Below are positions 42,540-55,790 of a DNA stretch of 64,000 nt, piece by piece (positions within the stretch are counted from its first letter, which is position 1; each line of letters opens with the position of its first letter). The stretch covers positions 13,764,001 to 13,828,000 of the forward strand of contig CM022666.1 in assembly GCA_012295275.1 (NCBI GenBank), in the 5' to 3' direction. The notes under the pieces are model-generated. The model saw only the letters and a list, made by a program, of their open reading frames with translations, had not been told where the DNA came from and did not search any database. This DNA comes from Chrysomallon squamiferum. Taxonomy: Eukaryota; Animalia; Mollusca. The position numbers were made by a program, and so were the translations under genes.

Positions 42540-43274
42540 GTAGTACTATTACTAACGGTGGTAGTACTAAATAAAGTAATAGTAATGAAAGTCGTATTAA
42601 TAGTAAGATAGTAACAGTAGTACTAAGTGGCATTATTATTAGTAGTAGTTGCAATTGTAGTATTAACTAGGAACAGTAGTAATAGTAACAACAACGGTAG
42701 TTGTAGTAGCAGTAGCAGTAGTGATTTTACTTTAACGGCAGTTGAAATAGTTGTATTTGTATACAGTAGTAACTGTAACTCTAGTTGTAGTCGTACAATG
42801 GAGATTAGCAGTAACTGTATTAGTATCAGTCGTAGCAGTAGATGCTGTAACCGCAGTTGTAGTAGTAGTGTAGTAACTGTAACTGTAGTTGCAGTAGTCA
42901 CTAGTAGTTGTTGTAGTCACAGTAGTAATAGTAACAACAGCGGTGGCTGTAGTAGTAGTACTGATTTTACTGTAATGGCAGTTGAAATAGTTGTAGTAGT
43001 AGTAGTAGTAACTGTAGTTGTAATACTAGCAGTTGATCGCGATAAAGGTAATAGTAACAGTTGTAGCAGTAGATGGTGTTACGGCAGTTGTACTAGCAGT
43101 GGTAGTAGTTGTAACGGTAGTTGTAGTGGTAATGGTAGATAGCATCAACGGTAATACTATTAGTTGCAGCAGCAGTATATGTAATGGTAGCTGTAGTCGT
43201 AGTAGCTGTACCTCTAGTCGTAGTAGTAGTGATAGATTATGAGTAACGGGTGACAGTAATAGTTGCTGCAGTAA

Positions 43275-43307
<33 letters not shown>

Positions 43308-43310
43308 ATT
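42540..43310. repeat. Cryptic (AGT)n-derived low-complexity block with an internal ~245-bp-period duplication
   Basis: cagtagtaatagtaacaaca...gattttact...ggcagttgaaatagttgta occurs at ~42674-42757 and ~42920-42997. Confidence 0.65.
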
Positions 43311-44864
43311 TACTCTGTGTGGTGTATGATTATTTGAATTTCTAATTACAATTATCAAATAATAAACTAATCTCTCAAAGAGATGTGAAATTCAAATTAT
43401 ACACAGAATTTATCACACGAGTCAACAAATTAGACAAATTTTGATTATTGGTAATATTTGAACTGATCTTAATCTTCTTAATGTAATTTTTTTTTTTGGC
43501 CCTGATGTCTGTTTGTTTGTCTAACGTCTTCTGTGCATGATGCTTTGAATTGTTTCCAAGAGTCTTCATTAGGATCGACTCTGAAAGATGATGACAACAA
43601 TGACGATGTTTATGAATGTGATGACGTCGATGGTGTTGCATTTGCTCGTCGTGTTCTGCATTAAAATTTCGATGCAGTTCAAAGTTAATTAACTGAACAG
43701 ACGTGAATGGATGTATGGATGGACTTGTGGATGGATGAACTAATGGATGGATTGATGTTTATGTATGTAATGTTATAGAGATAGTTTAATGTCTATCAGT
43801 CTGACTGGTCTTTCTCTCTGTCTGTCCGTCTTTCTGTCTAACATTTTTATATGGTCTGTATGTTATTCTGTGTCTATACGACAGTCTGTGGGTTTGTCTG
43901 TCTCTGTGTTTCTCTGATTCTGCTTCTCTCTTTGTTAATCTGTGACTTTCTGTATATGTGTCAGTCTATTCACCTACTTTGTTTAAATGAAAGCTTGTGT
44001 GCTCACCAATCACAACAAAGACAAGTACAAGCGTACCAATAAATATCCATGAAAACGAGGCTGCATATCAACGAACGTATGATATATGGAATATTACCTC
44101 GCATACTGCCTAATTTCACCGTCGTAAATATGAAATGTTTCAGGAAGCAAAGACAGGTTTCTAGTTTGTTTATAAATTACAGTTAAAAAAACATTTGAGT
44201 AAACAGGCAGCAGCTGGTAGTAGAAAACATTTCAAGTCATTTCGTGATTTATAAGTTGAGACTAAATTGAAAACTGCAAATAAACAAAAATGTTGCAGGT
44301 ATAAAGCACAAAAGTAAAACATATTATATTTTTATCTGACTTTTTGTTCCGTTGTTAATGGCTTTTGCTTTCTTTTCATTTATTTATTTATTTATTTATT
44401 TATTTTATTTATGTTTTCGGGCGTTTTCTTTTTTCGTTTTGTTTGTTTATTTTTCTTTTTATTATTTTTATTTTTTTTTTTTTTTTTTTTTGACTTGGTT
44501 ATTTACATAATTATTTAATTTCAATTTTAATTCGGATAGGTTACGATAAAAAAGAAACCTTGCAATCAAAACTGCCTTTTTATAATATAAATAACAGGAT
44601 ATAATACAGTAAAAGAAATAAAAAATAAAAAATAATAAAAATAAATAATCCTGTAAACGGAACTGAAATTGATCCCAGTACGTACCGCGCCTCGGTTTTC
44701 ACGTGCAGTGGACTCAGTTCAACTGGTTTATTTTATCATGACATGCTGAAAATAGTTTTTTTCTGAATATATTTTTTTTGTTTTTCTTTTCCTCTGTCTT
44801 AATACTTCTAATTATTGTTTTTCCTTTCGCTTCTTCTTTTACTTATTTATTTATTTATTTATCA

Positions 44865-44918
<54 letters not shown>

Positions 44919-45796
44919 CTTGCATGACTTCACCTGCGTTCTCGACACATCAAAGGTATTGTCGTTCGACATACATCATTTAATTCGTACTCGCGTTTTA
45001 ACGCTCCGTGTTTTTTTCTTCACTTGTGAATGATTACCGATGTTACATATCCCGAATATAATTTTAGCACTTTCTTTTCATGACCAAATAACATGCTTAC
45101 ACAGAAACTCGCACTTACAAGACCCGGCATTAATTTAAATCACTGAGGAATAAAAAAATAAATGTCGCCGACGGCTGTCGATTTTTTCCCAAGAAGTGTC
45201 CGCCATCTTTACGGAATGCTTGGTAGTATTTTCTAGTCGACTACTTTGATATAAACACTTTCGACATCTGCTGGTATTCACTACGTTATTGATCTAAGAT
45301 CAACAAGCGTTGCATTGTTTACCGTTTCCAGTAATTGATTTAAAGAGAGGTACTGCAGTGTATTTTAACGGTCCCGTAGGAATGAGAATATTTTAATAGA
45401 TTGCTCGATTTCTTTAGATGCTTATTTTTTTTTTCTTCTTGTTCTTAAGTGAGAAACCCTTGGGAGCAACATTGATTTCGCATTGTTTGTTATTATAGCT
45501 ATTTTATGTGAAGAGAGAAATGAAGAAAGAGAGAGACAGACAGACAGAGTAAATATGTGCAATAGAGAGAAAGAGAAATAGGGCACTACAGATAAATAGA
45601 AATACAAACAGACATATGGACAGTCAGAGAGACACATAGAGACAGACAGACAGGCAGGTAGACAAATAAATATATGTCCATCTTTCTGTTTATTTATATA
45701 TCTGTTTCTCTGTCTCTCTGTTTCTCAGATTGTATGCCAGTCTGTTTGTATATGTATGTATCCATATATGTGTGTTTATACATACATACATACATA

Positions 45797-45943
<147 letters not shown>

Positions 45944-46266
45944 GATAGATAGAGAGACAGATAATAAAGAATGACAGAAATATAGGCAGAGAGGCCTGAA
46001 CATATAAGAAAGGATTACGAAATAAAAAAGAGAAATGTAATCTGCATATTTCTCACTATTTGTCTTCACTGAACGGAATCGAATGAGATTTACTGTTCTG
46101 GGTAACACAGCTAAACCGTTTAACAGTTACACTGTGTACTTGAAACCACGGAAATGTCCGGAGATTATCGAGTGCATTAGAATATTTATATTTTCCATCT
46201 GTATTAAACTTTGGTGAAGTCTTTGTTTTTAGACATAACCAGACATGTATCACCTTCTTATAAGCA

Positions 46267-46328
<62 letters not shown>

Positions 46329-46387
46329 GAAAGAAAGTAAGAGAGAGAGAGAGAGAGTATATCTTTCTATCTATCTATCTATATACA

Positions 46388-46457
<70 letters not shown>

Positions 46458-46786
46458 ATGTATATGCATAATGTATATATATGAATGTGTATATGTTTGT
46501 ATATATGTATGTATGTATGTATAGGATGTATATATGTGAATGCTTATGTTTTGCATGTATGTAGAAATATGTTGTCGTACGATATGTTATTGCACATAGA
46601 CAATATTCGGGAACAAACTGCAACAAAGTTCAGTCAGATCTTCACAAACAGTATGACATCTTCTATCATAGGTTTGATAGTGTTAACTGGTTACGTGAAA
46701 CGGCATCCAAAATTTTACATGATCAGTATCAATAAATATGGAAAACTGAAACGTCTCCAAAGGGTATTAATTATAAATTTTTAAAA

Positions 46787-47131
46787 ATGATCTTACAGTT
46801 CTATTTTAAAAATAATGTTAATGTCTTACGTAAATTTAGAACCTTTAATGTTAAGCTTTTTACTGAAACTGGACGATGGTCTAATATTCTAAGAGAAAAT
46901 AGGAAATGTCATATTTGTAATCTTGACAAAATTGGACATGAATATCACTATATATTTGAATGTAATGATCTTATATTGTTAAATGCGAGAAAAGGTATAC
47001 CAGATAAATATACGAGACATCGAAATATATTTTTGTATGATAATTTGTTTAATAGCAAAGATATGTTTATATTAAAAAAGCTATGTTTGTTAATAAGAAC
47101 TATATTTGAGAGAAAATGTCGTCCACATTAA
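46787..47131 (+). mobile_element. 5'-truncated non-LTR retrotransposon (LINE) remnant: ORF2 C-terminal CCHC-type region
   Basis: KFRT...KL..ETGRW.NI.RE.R.CHICN...IG.EYHYIFEC matches the FR..N..L.IETGRW...R..R.C..C....GDEFH..F.C pattern found after the RT domain of invertebrate LINEs. No RT domain lies upstream. Confidence 0.8.
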
Positions 47132-47490
47132 ACTGTGCATGTTAATTTTGTTTTCTATATCTTTAATACATTCTTCTCTGTACTGTAATCCTACAGTTTT
47201 TGAGAATGACGTCACTGTCATTGTCTAGCCTGCAGTCCTGAGATGAACCTCGTTTCCACCTGATTACCTGAGAAAAACGTCTAATGAAAAGCCAAGGGTA
47301 ATGATTGACCACGCCCTTTCTTTGTCTGTGTCGTTTTAGCTTGCTCTGTTTTGTAGGCGGATCAGCCACGTGAACATTCTCTGTTATGTACATCTAATTA
47401 GACACTGTAATAAAAATAAAAATAAAATAAAATAAAATAAAATAAAATAAAATAAAATAAAATAAAATAAATAAATAAATAAATAAAAGA

Positions 47491-47526
<36 letters not shown>

Positions 47527-47701
47527 TTAATAATAATATAAGAAAAATAAATATATAAGAGAATATATAAAATTCAGAAGCACACGCACACATACACACA
47601 TATAGACTCTCTCTGTGTCTCTCTCTCACACACACATGCACGCACACATACGCAAAGAGAAATAGAATCTACCTGCATGAGAATGCGCGTGTGCGTGTGC
47701 G

Positions 47702-47736
<35 letters not shown>

Positions 47737-48644
47737 ATTACCTGTAAATGTGGGCCTGTATTAGTCTTATGTTTTTATCATTATGATTATTATTATTAAT
47801 CAACATGGCGATTTGAGTTTTATTTTGGGGTTCAAAGCGAGGCCGCAGTTCTGTAAACACTCGTCTTCTCCTTTCATTTTGCACCTGGTACCTGAACATC
47901 TCAGACCAATAACAGTCACGTGATATAATTAAAATAGCTTTTTTTCACAGCAAGAAATACAGTAGAAAAGATTTATCAAGGAAAATAACGGATATTTAAC
48001 CGGTTTTCTTTGCATCAATTTTCTTCGATCTTTGCGGCTCTTCGCGGTGTTGTTTATGTCCAATAATCCCGTGGTGCACGTGCAATTATGGCGTATGCAG
48101 AGGACACAACGGTGAAAACTGATTATATATCAGTGTAACAAAATATGTTATTATCTACACACAAAGTAATAATTTGCTGTTAAGATTCTTATATTTTCAA
48201 AAGAGACGAAAGAAGAAATTTTGCATGAATATAATTGGTGTTTATATAAAACAGAAAAAAAAAAAAAAATAAAATAAAATAAAAAAAAAAAAAAAAAATA
48301 ATAAATAAATAAATAAAGTAAATGAATGAATGAGTGAATGAATAAATAATAATAAAATTAAAATAAATAAATAAATGAATGAATGAATGAATAAATAATA
48401 ACAAAATTAAAATAAATTGAACGAAAGCAAAGCAAAGTTGTTACATTTGTTGCTTTCGTTGTTCTTATTGTTGTTGTTATTATTATAGTTACAGTTATTA
48501 TCATTACTACTACTACTGCTGCTACTACTACTACAACAAGTACTACTGTTACTATTACCACTATTACTTCTACTACTCCTGCTACTACTATTACTACTAC
48601 TATTATTGTTGTTGCTTTTATTATTATTATTATTATTATTGCTG

Positions 48645-48688
<44 letters not shown>

Positions 48689-49317
48689 GTTGTTGTTGTT
48701 GTTGTTGATGTTCAAACTACAGAAATACTAATCAACTACAACTCTATAATAGACATTAACAAGACGTAAATTAGATGTTTGTATTCAACTTCACAATAAA
48801 TATTTATTAATCAGGCTTCGTAGATACTGTCATAACAATACATAGAGTTTACAGAGTTGGAGATAACACAAATTTCATGCATGCATGAATAATGGCATAA
48901 TGAACAAATGTTTATTAACAGAACATTTTTTCTTATCTCTATTACAACCGTACAAATTGCATATTCTTTTAGAACAACGGGTTACGGTCGTATTGTCATC
49001 TTTTAGGATTTCCGGTACGAATTACTCATTGATAATTACAACAAAATATTGATAACGGAGCTGGTACAAATCAAAACAACACCTACTGTGTTTTCTTCTC
49101 AGCGCTGGCAAACGTCACAATAATAATTAACCTTAATTGTGCCCCTTTTGTTGTATCGGGTAATCACGAGGGAAGTTAATTATTTTTGTTTCACCGTTTT
49201 CTTTAATGAGTGTAATTTTAACAGTGGAAGAAAAGTTAACAAAATTTTTCCCAAACGTGTCCACGCGCTGTGAACTTCCTTGCCGGATATGTTGTTGTTT
49301 TCTCGCGTTCTTTCTGA

Positions 49318-49353
49318 TGACGTCACAGGTTTTTGGTGTGTTTCCATGGTAAC
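49318..49353. promoter_or_regulatory. CRE plus RFX X-box module
   Basis: TGACGTCA at 49318-49325 and GTTTCCATGGTAAC at 49340-49353, which matches the X-box consensus GTTNCCATGGNAAC. Confidence 0.5.
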
Positions 49354-49566
49354 ACGCTTGTTGTGATGGCGGGTGTGATGTTTTAGTTCAGTTCGCTGAC
49401 CTGTCGCAAGCAAAGTGAAGCAGTGAAAATATGACACGTTTATTTATATTACTTGTTTACTTTCTTATCTTCTTCTTCTTATTATTATTATTTTACTATT
49501 GTTATTATTATTATTATTATTGTTACTGTTATTATTATTATTGTTATTGTTGTTTTTCTCGTTATG

Positions 49567-49654
<88 letters not shown>

Positions 49655-50928
49655 AATATCCTTATCATCTTCATCATCGTCATCAGCATCATCATCATTA
49701 TTATTATATTTATTATTATTATGTTTATTATTATTGTTGTTGTAGTTATTATTATTATGTTTGTTATTGTTGTTGTTGTATTTATTATTATGTTTATTAT
49801 TATTGTTGTTGTTTCTGTTGTTGTTGTTATTATTATTAATGTCATTATTATTATTTCTTTTTGTTAACTGAAGTTGTGACATCATCACACACCTAACGAC
49901 AGACAGCTGTGTTTCGTCTGACAAAACTTGAAAAAAACGTCAGTGAAAATCAGTCCCTGCTATCTACGTAACTACGTCACGATCATCGGAAAACGATATT
50001 TTTAAACAGTTGTTACATTTCATAATTAATTAAGAGTGAGTGGCAAAAAATAAATGAAACGAAACTTTGAAGTATGCTGAATATATATTATTTCTTTACA
50101 TCATTTATTTATATAATTTATTTGTTTGTACTTTTGCTTTTATTTCTTCTTCTTCTTCTTCTTCTTATTATTATTATTATATTTTATTATTATTTTTATC
50201 ATCATCATCATCATCGTCATGACCATGACTACTTTATCTCATTATTTATTTTATTTTATTTTATTTTATTATTATTCTTTAAATATTCTTTATTTATTTA
50301 TTTATTTATTTATTCATTCATTCATTTTTAATCAAAAGTCCTATTAGTTCCTAGCACGGAACTGAATATCTGTTTTCTTTTTTTTCGTTTTTCTTGGTTG
50401 CCAGGCAACTCCTTCGGTTTTGTCAACTGCATGCACTCCACGTCAAATTTACCAACATCTGCCCATCTTCCGAGACTCGACATGGAAATATTTACACTTA
50501 CGTTGACAAACTGACAACGCGAAAGTTGCAAGTCTACGCAAACAGGACATAGGGGATTCCCCTAACTTCCTACATGTTACTGACGATTTTACTGGCGCAT
50601 ATGGATTCAATTAGCCAATCAAATTACGCGTTATATGCCAGATTGAGTTAGAAGCAAGATTACATTATTTCAGAAGTAAGACAGAGAAATGGGAATGAAG
50701 AGAAGTAAAGAGACGGAGAAATGAATAGAGATTGATAATAAAATAAATAATAATAAAAAAAAAATGAGATGGAGAAAAGGTAGAGTAGAAACAGTCAGAT
50801 AGACAGATGGAGAGAGATAGTGAGACGAAGATAGATAAAAGATAAACAGGGAGAGATAGAGAGTCAGAGACAAAAAAAAGTAAGAGAGAAAGAAAGAGAT
50901 AGAGAAATATATAGAGAGATATAGAGAG

Positions 50929-51023
<95 letters not shown>

Positions 51024-51789
51024 ATAAAGTTTAACGAGTATATCGAATAGATACTTGTGTAATTGTTATTATTACTTCAATTTACATTATATACATTATT
51101 AAACATGCATACATAATTTATATTTTCACACGTTCGTACATACATCGATACATTCTGGTATCCAAACAGCGATTTATCGATACATTATAGATGTGCGTAT
51201 GTGAGTCGTTACGTACGCACACGTTTTCTGTCTCAGTCTCTGCATGAACGCCTGTTAGTTCACTGTGACAGTTCCTTTTCAGTACTTACACTTTAAAAAG
51301 AGCAGTTCACTTTCATTCTTTTCCTTCGACTTCGTTAATTAGAATTAACAGCATATTACAGCAGTAAAAGTGTCGGACGGAATCAGGAAAGCGACTTCGA
51401 GTAAAAGCGTAATTCTCCCGGAGAACGGCAAACCACATGCTACACAGATAAAACATCTAAATCATTCGCAAAGAAGGATCCCGGGATTAAATATCTTGAT
51501 TTGGTACGTACGGCTTGCGAATCGGGCCGGCCGGGTTCGTTCCAGTAATCGCCTTTTCGTGATGAGATCGGCCGGTTTTTATTGGTCAGCGAAGCGCACG
51601 GGTCACGACGTGTCATAGCCCGCTTGTCCGGGGATAATTACTCGTACACAGGGCAGATAATGACTCGGCGAAACTTAATTAAAGGCAAGGTTTCTGTGCT
51701 CGGCTTTTCCAGAGGTAATTTATTGCAACAAAAGTAACAGTAGCAAGTTAATGACACACGAGCGTAGGAATCGGTTCTCATTTACCGCG

Positions 51790-51805
51790 AGATCTCGCGA
51801 GATCT
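51790..51805. promoter_or_regulatory. 16-bp perfect palindrome containing the TCTCGCGAGA promoter element, in a CpG-rich island (~51370-51840)
   Basis: AGATCTCGCGAGATCT within cgcgagatctcgcgagatcttgcga, with an ATTGG (CCAAT) at 51581. Confidence 0.45.
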
Positions 51806-51859
51806 TGCGAGTTAACGTAACATTTCGGTCAGCGCTTTGATAAAATAGAATAGAAAGTA

Positions 51860-52210
51860 TGATGATCTTACACTCTAATTAATGTTACGGTTTTAGTGAC
51901 ATGACAACGTAATGTTCTTACACTTCCCTAATTAGACAGTTAGTTTGTTAGTGAATATGTAGTGTTCTTACACTTCTATAATTAGACAGTTAGTTTGTTA
52001 GTGTATTAGTGAATAGAATGTAGTGTTCTTACACTTCCCTAATTAGACAGTTTGTTAGTGAATGAATAGTATAGTGTTCTTAAACTTCCCTAATTAGACA
52101 GTTAGTTTGTTAGTGAGTTGATGAATAGAGTATAGTGTTCTAATACCTCTAATCAGAATTTTTACCTGTCTAAAATTAGACAATGCTGATGTTAGTATGT
52201 TAGAAAGAGG
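51860..52210 (+). repeat. Minisatellite of 50-61 bp units (about 5 copies) with a unique tail shared with 58605-58650 (inverted)
   Basis: tagtgttcttacacttccctaattagacagttagtttgttagtg recurs at ~51910, 51960, 52021, 52072 and partially at 52133. Confidence 0.85.
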
Positions 52211-54978
52211 ATAAGTCATAGATATCTAACCATGTCATGATTAGATCCCGGAAGCTACAAGTCCAAAGGGCAATGACTTAACCACGCGCAAGTAAAATCT
52301 GATTTTATGTAGCGTGACGGTCTTCCCGAAAATTTGAAAGACCGCAAAGAGAATTTACAATTTAAATTGGTTTTTATTATAAGTCTTTCCTCTCTTTTCT
52401 TATCAAATACAGGATTTACCAAAAACAAACCTCATGTATGTTTATCTTATTTTGACACATAAAAAGCTGACTTATTTTTGTGATAGTTGTCGTTAAGTAA
52501 ACATTCAACAGTTCGTTTTTTAATTGCTTTTATAAATTAATGTTATATATATATATATATATATATATTATATTGACTGTGGTCAAAATGTTAACAGATA
52601 CGGGAAAACAATTTCAGTTAATTGTCGTTGTTCCTCTTGTAGCCGTTTTTCTTTTTCTTGTCGTTAATATTATTTATTATGTGGTTGTCCGATTCTCTTA
52701 ACTATCATATGAACATTATTTTAATTAATCAATTAATATATTTCTCGTTCATGCTGTCGCTTTATTATTATTTTTTTTCTTCCTTTTCTATCTTGTCGTT
52801 GTTGTTGCTGTTGTTGTTGTTGTTATTATCGCCATCACAACAGAACAAATCTAAGAACTTTTTTCTTCTTTTGGAAATTCTTTTTATTTATATATTACCA
52901 AATTATTATATGACAGTAGTTCGTTTTTAGATAGCAAATGATGATGATGATGATAATGATGATGATGATAATAATAATAATAATAATAATAACTATTATT
53001 ATTATTATTATTAGTTTTTAATAATAATTATTTAAACAAAATTAATAATAAGATAAAAAATAAAGTAATTAAGTTAAAAAAACCACCCAAAAGTCCAATT
53101 ATGACAATTTTCACTTTAATTGCATTGGCACCAATGAAACGCAGCAAATTAATAATTCACGTCATGAAATCTGAAATACGTGTTTAATTATTTCTTTGAG
53201 TAAATTACCTTAGGAAGTCCGCAACGGTATCTGTAGAAGAAAAAAAAAAAAAGAAGGGAATCATCACTTCCACTTATTAAATTATTTGTCATTATTCTTT
53301 CCATTTCATCGATCTAAACTTGCAAGGAAAATTACGACAATTAATTAAGATGACAGTTGAAAGCTGCTAACCAAATAATTGTTTTCGCTTCATAACAGTT
53401 TGATTTGACGAACCATATAATCCCCAAAAATCAACTAAAAAAAATAAAATAAAATTAGGTTGCATCATTTACATATTTCTCCGGTTCCTGCTAAGGAAGG
53501 AGGAATTTAAGTAACCATAAAGACGTTCAAAGGAAGTTAGACAAACGTAGTGTATTAAAAGACGGTTAATACCAGTGTTGTTCGACATTTCAGTATCTTT
53601 AATGTTGAGCTTATCAGTAAGTTTGTTCAACAGTGTAACTAGGATTTATCTCCCTTTGCCTTTGTTTCCCCCACCTCCAGTGCTCAAACGAACCAACGAA
53701 ACGGTATGAATTTAAATAATTGAATCTTAGTAAATAAAATATATAATTCATAACAACAAAGCAAATAAATAAGTAAATTCATATCGATATCTGTACGAGA
53801 TTTTTCATAATATTTCTATTACTGACTTTTTTATAATAAAAAATAAAAATGATAAATAAATAAGCAAATAAGTAAATATAATATAATATAATATAATATA
53901 AATGAATGAAAAATCCTATTCGATTAAACTATCTTTAAAACAAGTTTTGATTTACAGTAAGGGAAATAACTCTTGGTTTCTAGTTCAACAGTTGATTAAT
54001 TTTCTTTGGTTACACATTCATTCCTTTCTATTTCTTTCTATCTTTATTTCTCTCTTCCTTTCTTTCGTTTCCTTAGAAGAAATGAGTAAGAATCAATAAA
54101 AATACAGTCGCTTCAAAATCTCCCAAACTGGTCTTAAAACGTTCGTTTTCTAATTTAATTAATATTTGGTTTCGTCTTTACTGTTTATTTACTGACTTGG
54201 CCAAATTAATTTTTTTCCTTCTGATAGTTATCTAGATAATCAAATTAAATTAAATAGAAATTCGTCGATTTTTTCTTTTTTTTCTTCCACTTTTTTCTTT
54301 TCTTCTTTTACTTCTGCACTTTCATCTTTCTTTTTATCTTTCTTTTTCTTTCTTTCGCTCTTTTCTTATTTCTGTTTCTTCTCTTTTTTTTTAAGACTGA
54401 TGAAGCCATGTGTATTAATACACATTTTTTCAAAGCTGCAATAACCGGCTTCGAGTTCACGAAAACACGTTCAACACGGGAACAGGAACGACAGCCATAA
54501 AAACAGAAAACTCAACGAAGAAATTCTAATAAATACAATTATTTTGATGATGATGTTTATACTTACCACTGATGGTGAAGATGAAGTACAGATAATAACG
54601 ACTGTGTTCAACAGGCTGGGACCGCTGGTTTACCGGAACGACAACAAACAACCGCTGTTGACAAAACACAAGTACACGTATTTTCAGACTACCCGTCTTT
54701 TCGTGTTTATATTTTCTTTGATCTTTACTTTAAGCTATATCTTGACACGGTGACGCTTGCCTGTTTCAAAAGAACAGTGTTGTTACATATCTTACAGTGT
54801 TGTCTGTGTAAACACTGCACGATGCGTTGTCTGTTCTTACTGACGTATGTGTCAGTCTGGTATTGTCTGTACACAAGGTCACATAACGTGATACTAAGTA
54901 AACAGTATTTCCACATGGCTTAAAATACTTACGACAGGTGTGTGTGTATGTGTGTGTGTGTGTGTGTGTAATATACAT

Positions 54979-55075
<97 letters not shown>

Positions 55076-55301
55076 TATAAGCCTCTGTAAGGTTTCTCTT
55101 GAAAATAAATAAATAAATAAATAAAATAAAATAAAATAAATAATAACAGGCAAATAATAATAATAAACCAAAAAAACACAACAAACAAAAACAATCAAAA
55201 GAAAAGCAAAAACAAAAACAAAACAAAACGAAAGAACAACAAATTCGATTGAAGAAAGAAAAAGAAACAACAACAACGACATAATGATGATGATGATGAT
55301 G

Positions 55302-55343
<42 letters not shown>

Positions 55344-55465
55344 GCGGTAGTAGTTGTAGTAGTATTTTTAGTAGTATTAGAGAAACAGCACTAGTAGTAG
55401 TAGTAGTAAAAAAAAAAAAAAGTAAATAAATAAAGGTACGGTAATACTAATAATAAGAACAATAA

Positions 55466-55508
<43 letters not shown>

Positions 55509-55727
55509 AACCCAGTAAAATAATTATTAGTAACCACGTTATTATATCATCATCATTGCTATTGGCATACTGTTTTTGATAATAATGATGTTATTAGATA
55601 TTTTAAAATTCGGTTATCTACATATATATATATATATATATATTAAATGTTTCTTAAACACTATTACGTCCAAAGTGCATGGGCGTTAATGTAGTCTGAA
55701 TTCAGTCCAGTGAAAACAGTGTTCTGT

Positions 55728-55790
55728 TCTGGGAACTGATCTCGGTACCTACCAGTCACAAGCTGATAACTTAGTCGTCACGGTTTAGCG
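55728..55790 (-). mobile_element. Possible degenerate tRNA-derived SINE head
   Basis: ctgggaactgatctcggtacctaccagtc...cttagtc resembles a reverse-oriented B-box/A-box region. Similar weak matches occur at ~52243, ~57340 and ~62075. Confidence 0.25.

Noticed and set aside
42627-43142. 171-aa Ser/Cys/Val-rich ORF resembling a secreted cysteine-rich protein
   Set aside because: It derives from degenerate (AGT)n sequence open in several frames, with a non-ATG start and no splice or homology support.
54397-54460. CTGATGA followed by an 18-bp palindrome (54408-54425) and a GAAGCC/GGCTTC stem, suggesting a hammerhead ribozyme
   Set aside because: The required GAAA does not follow stem II, and I found no stem I/III pairing.
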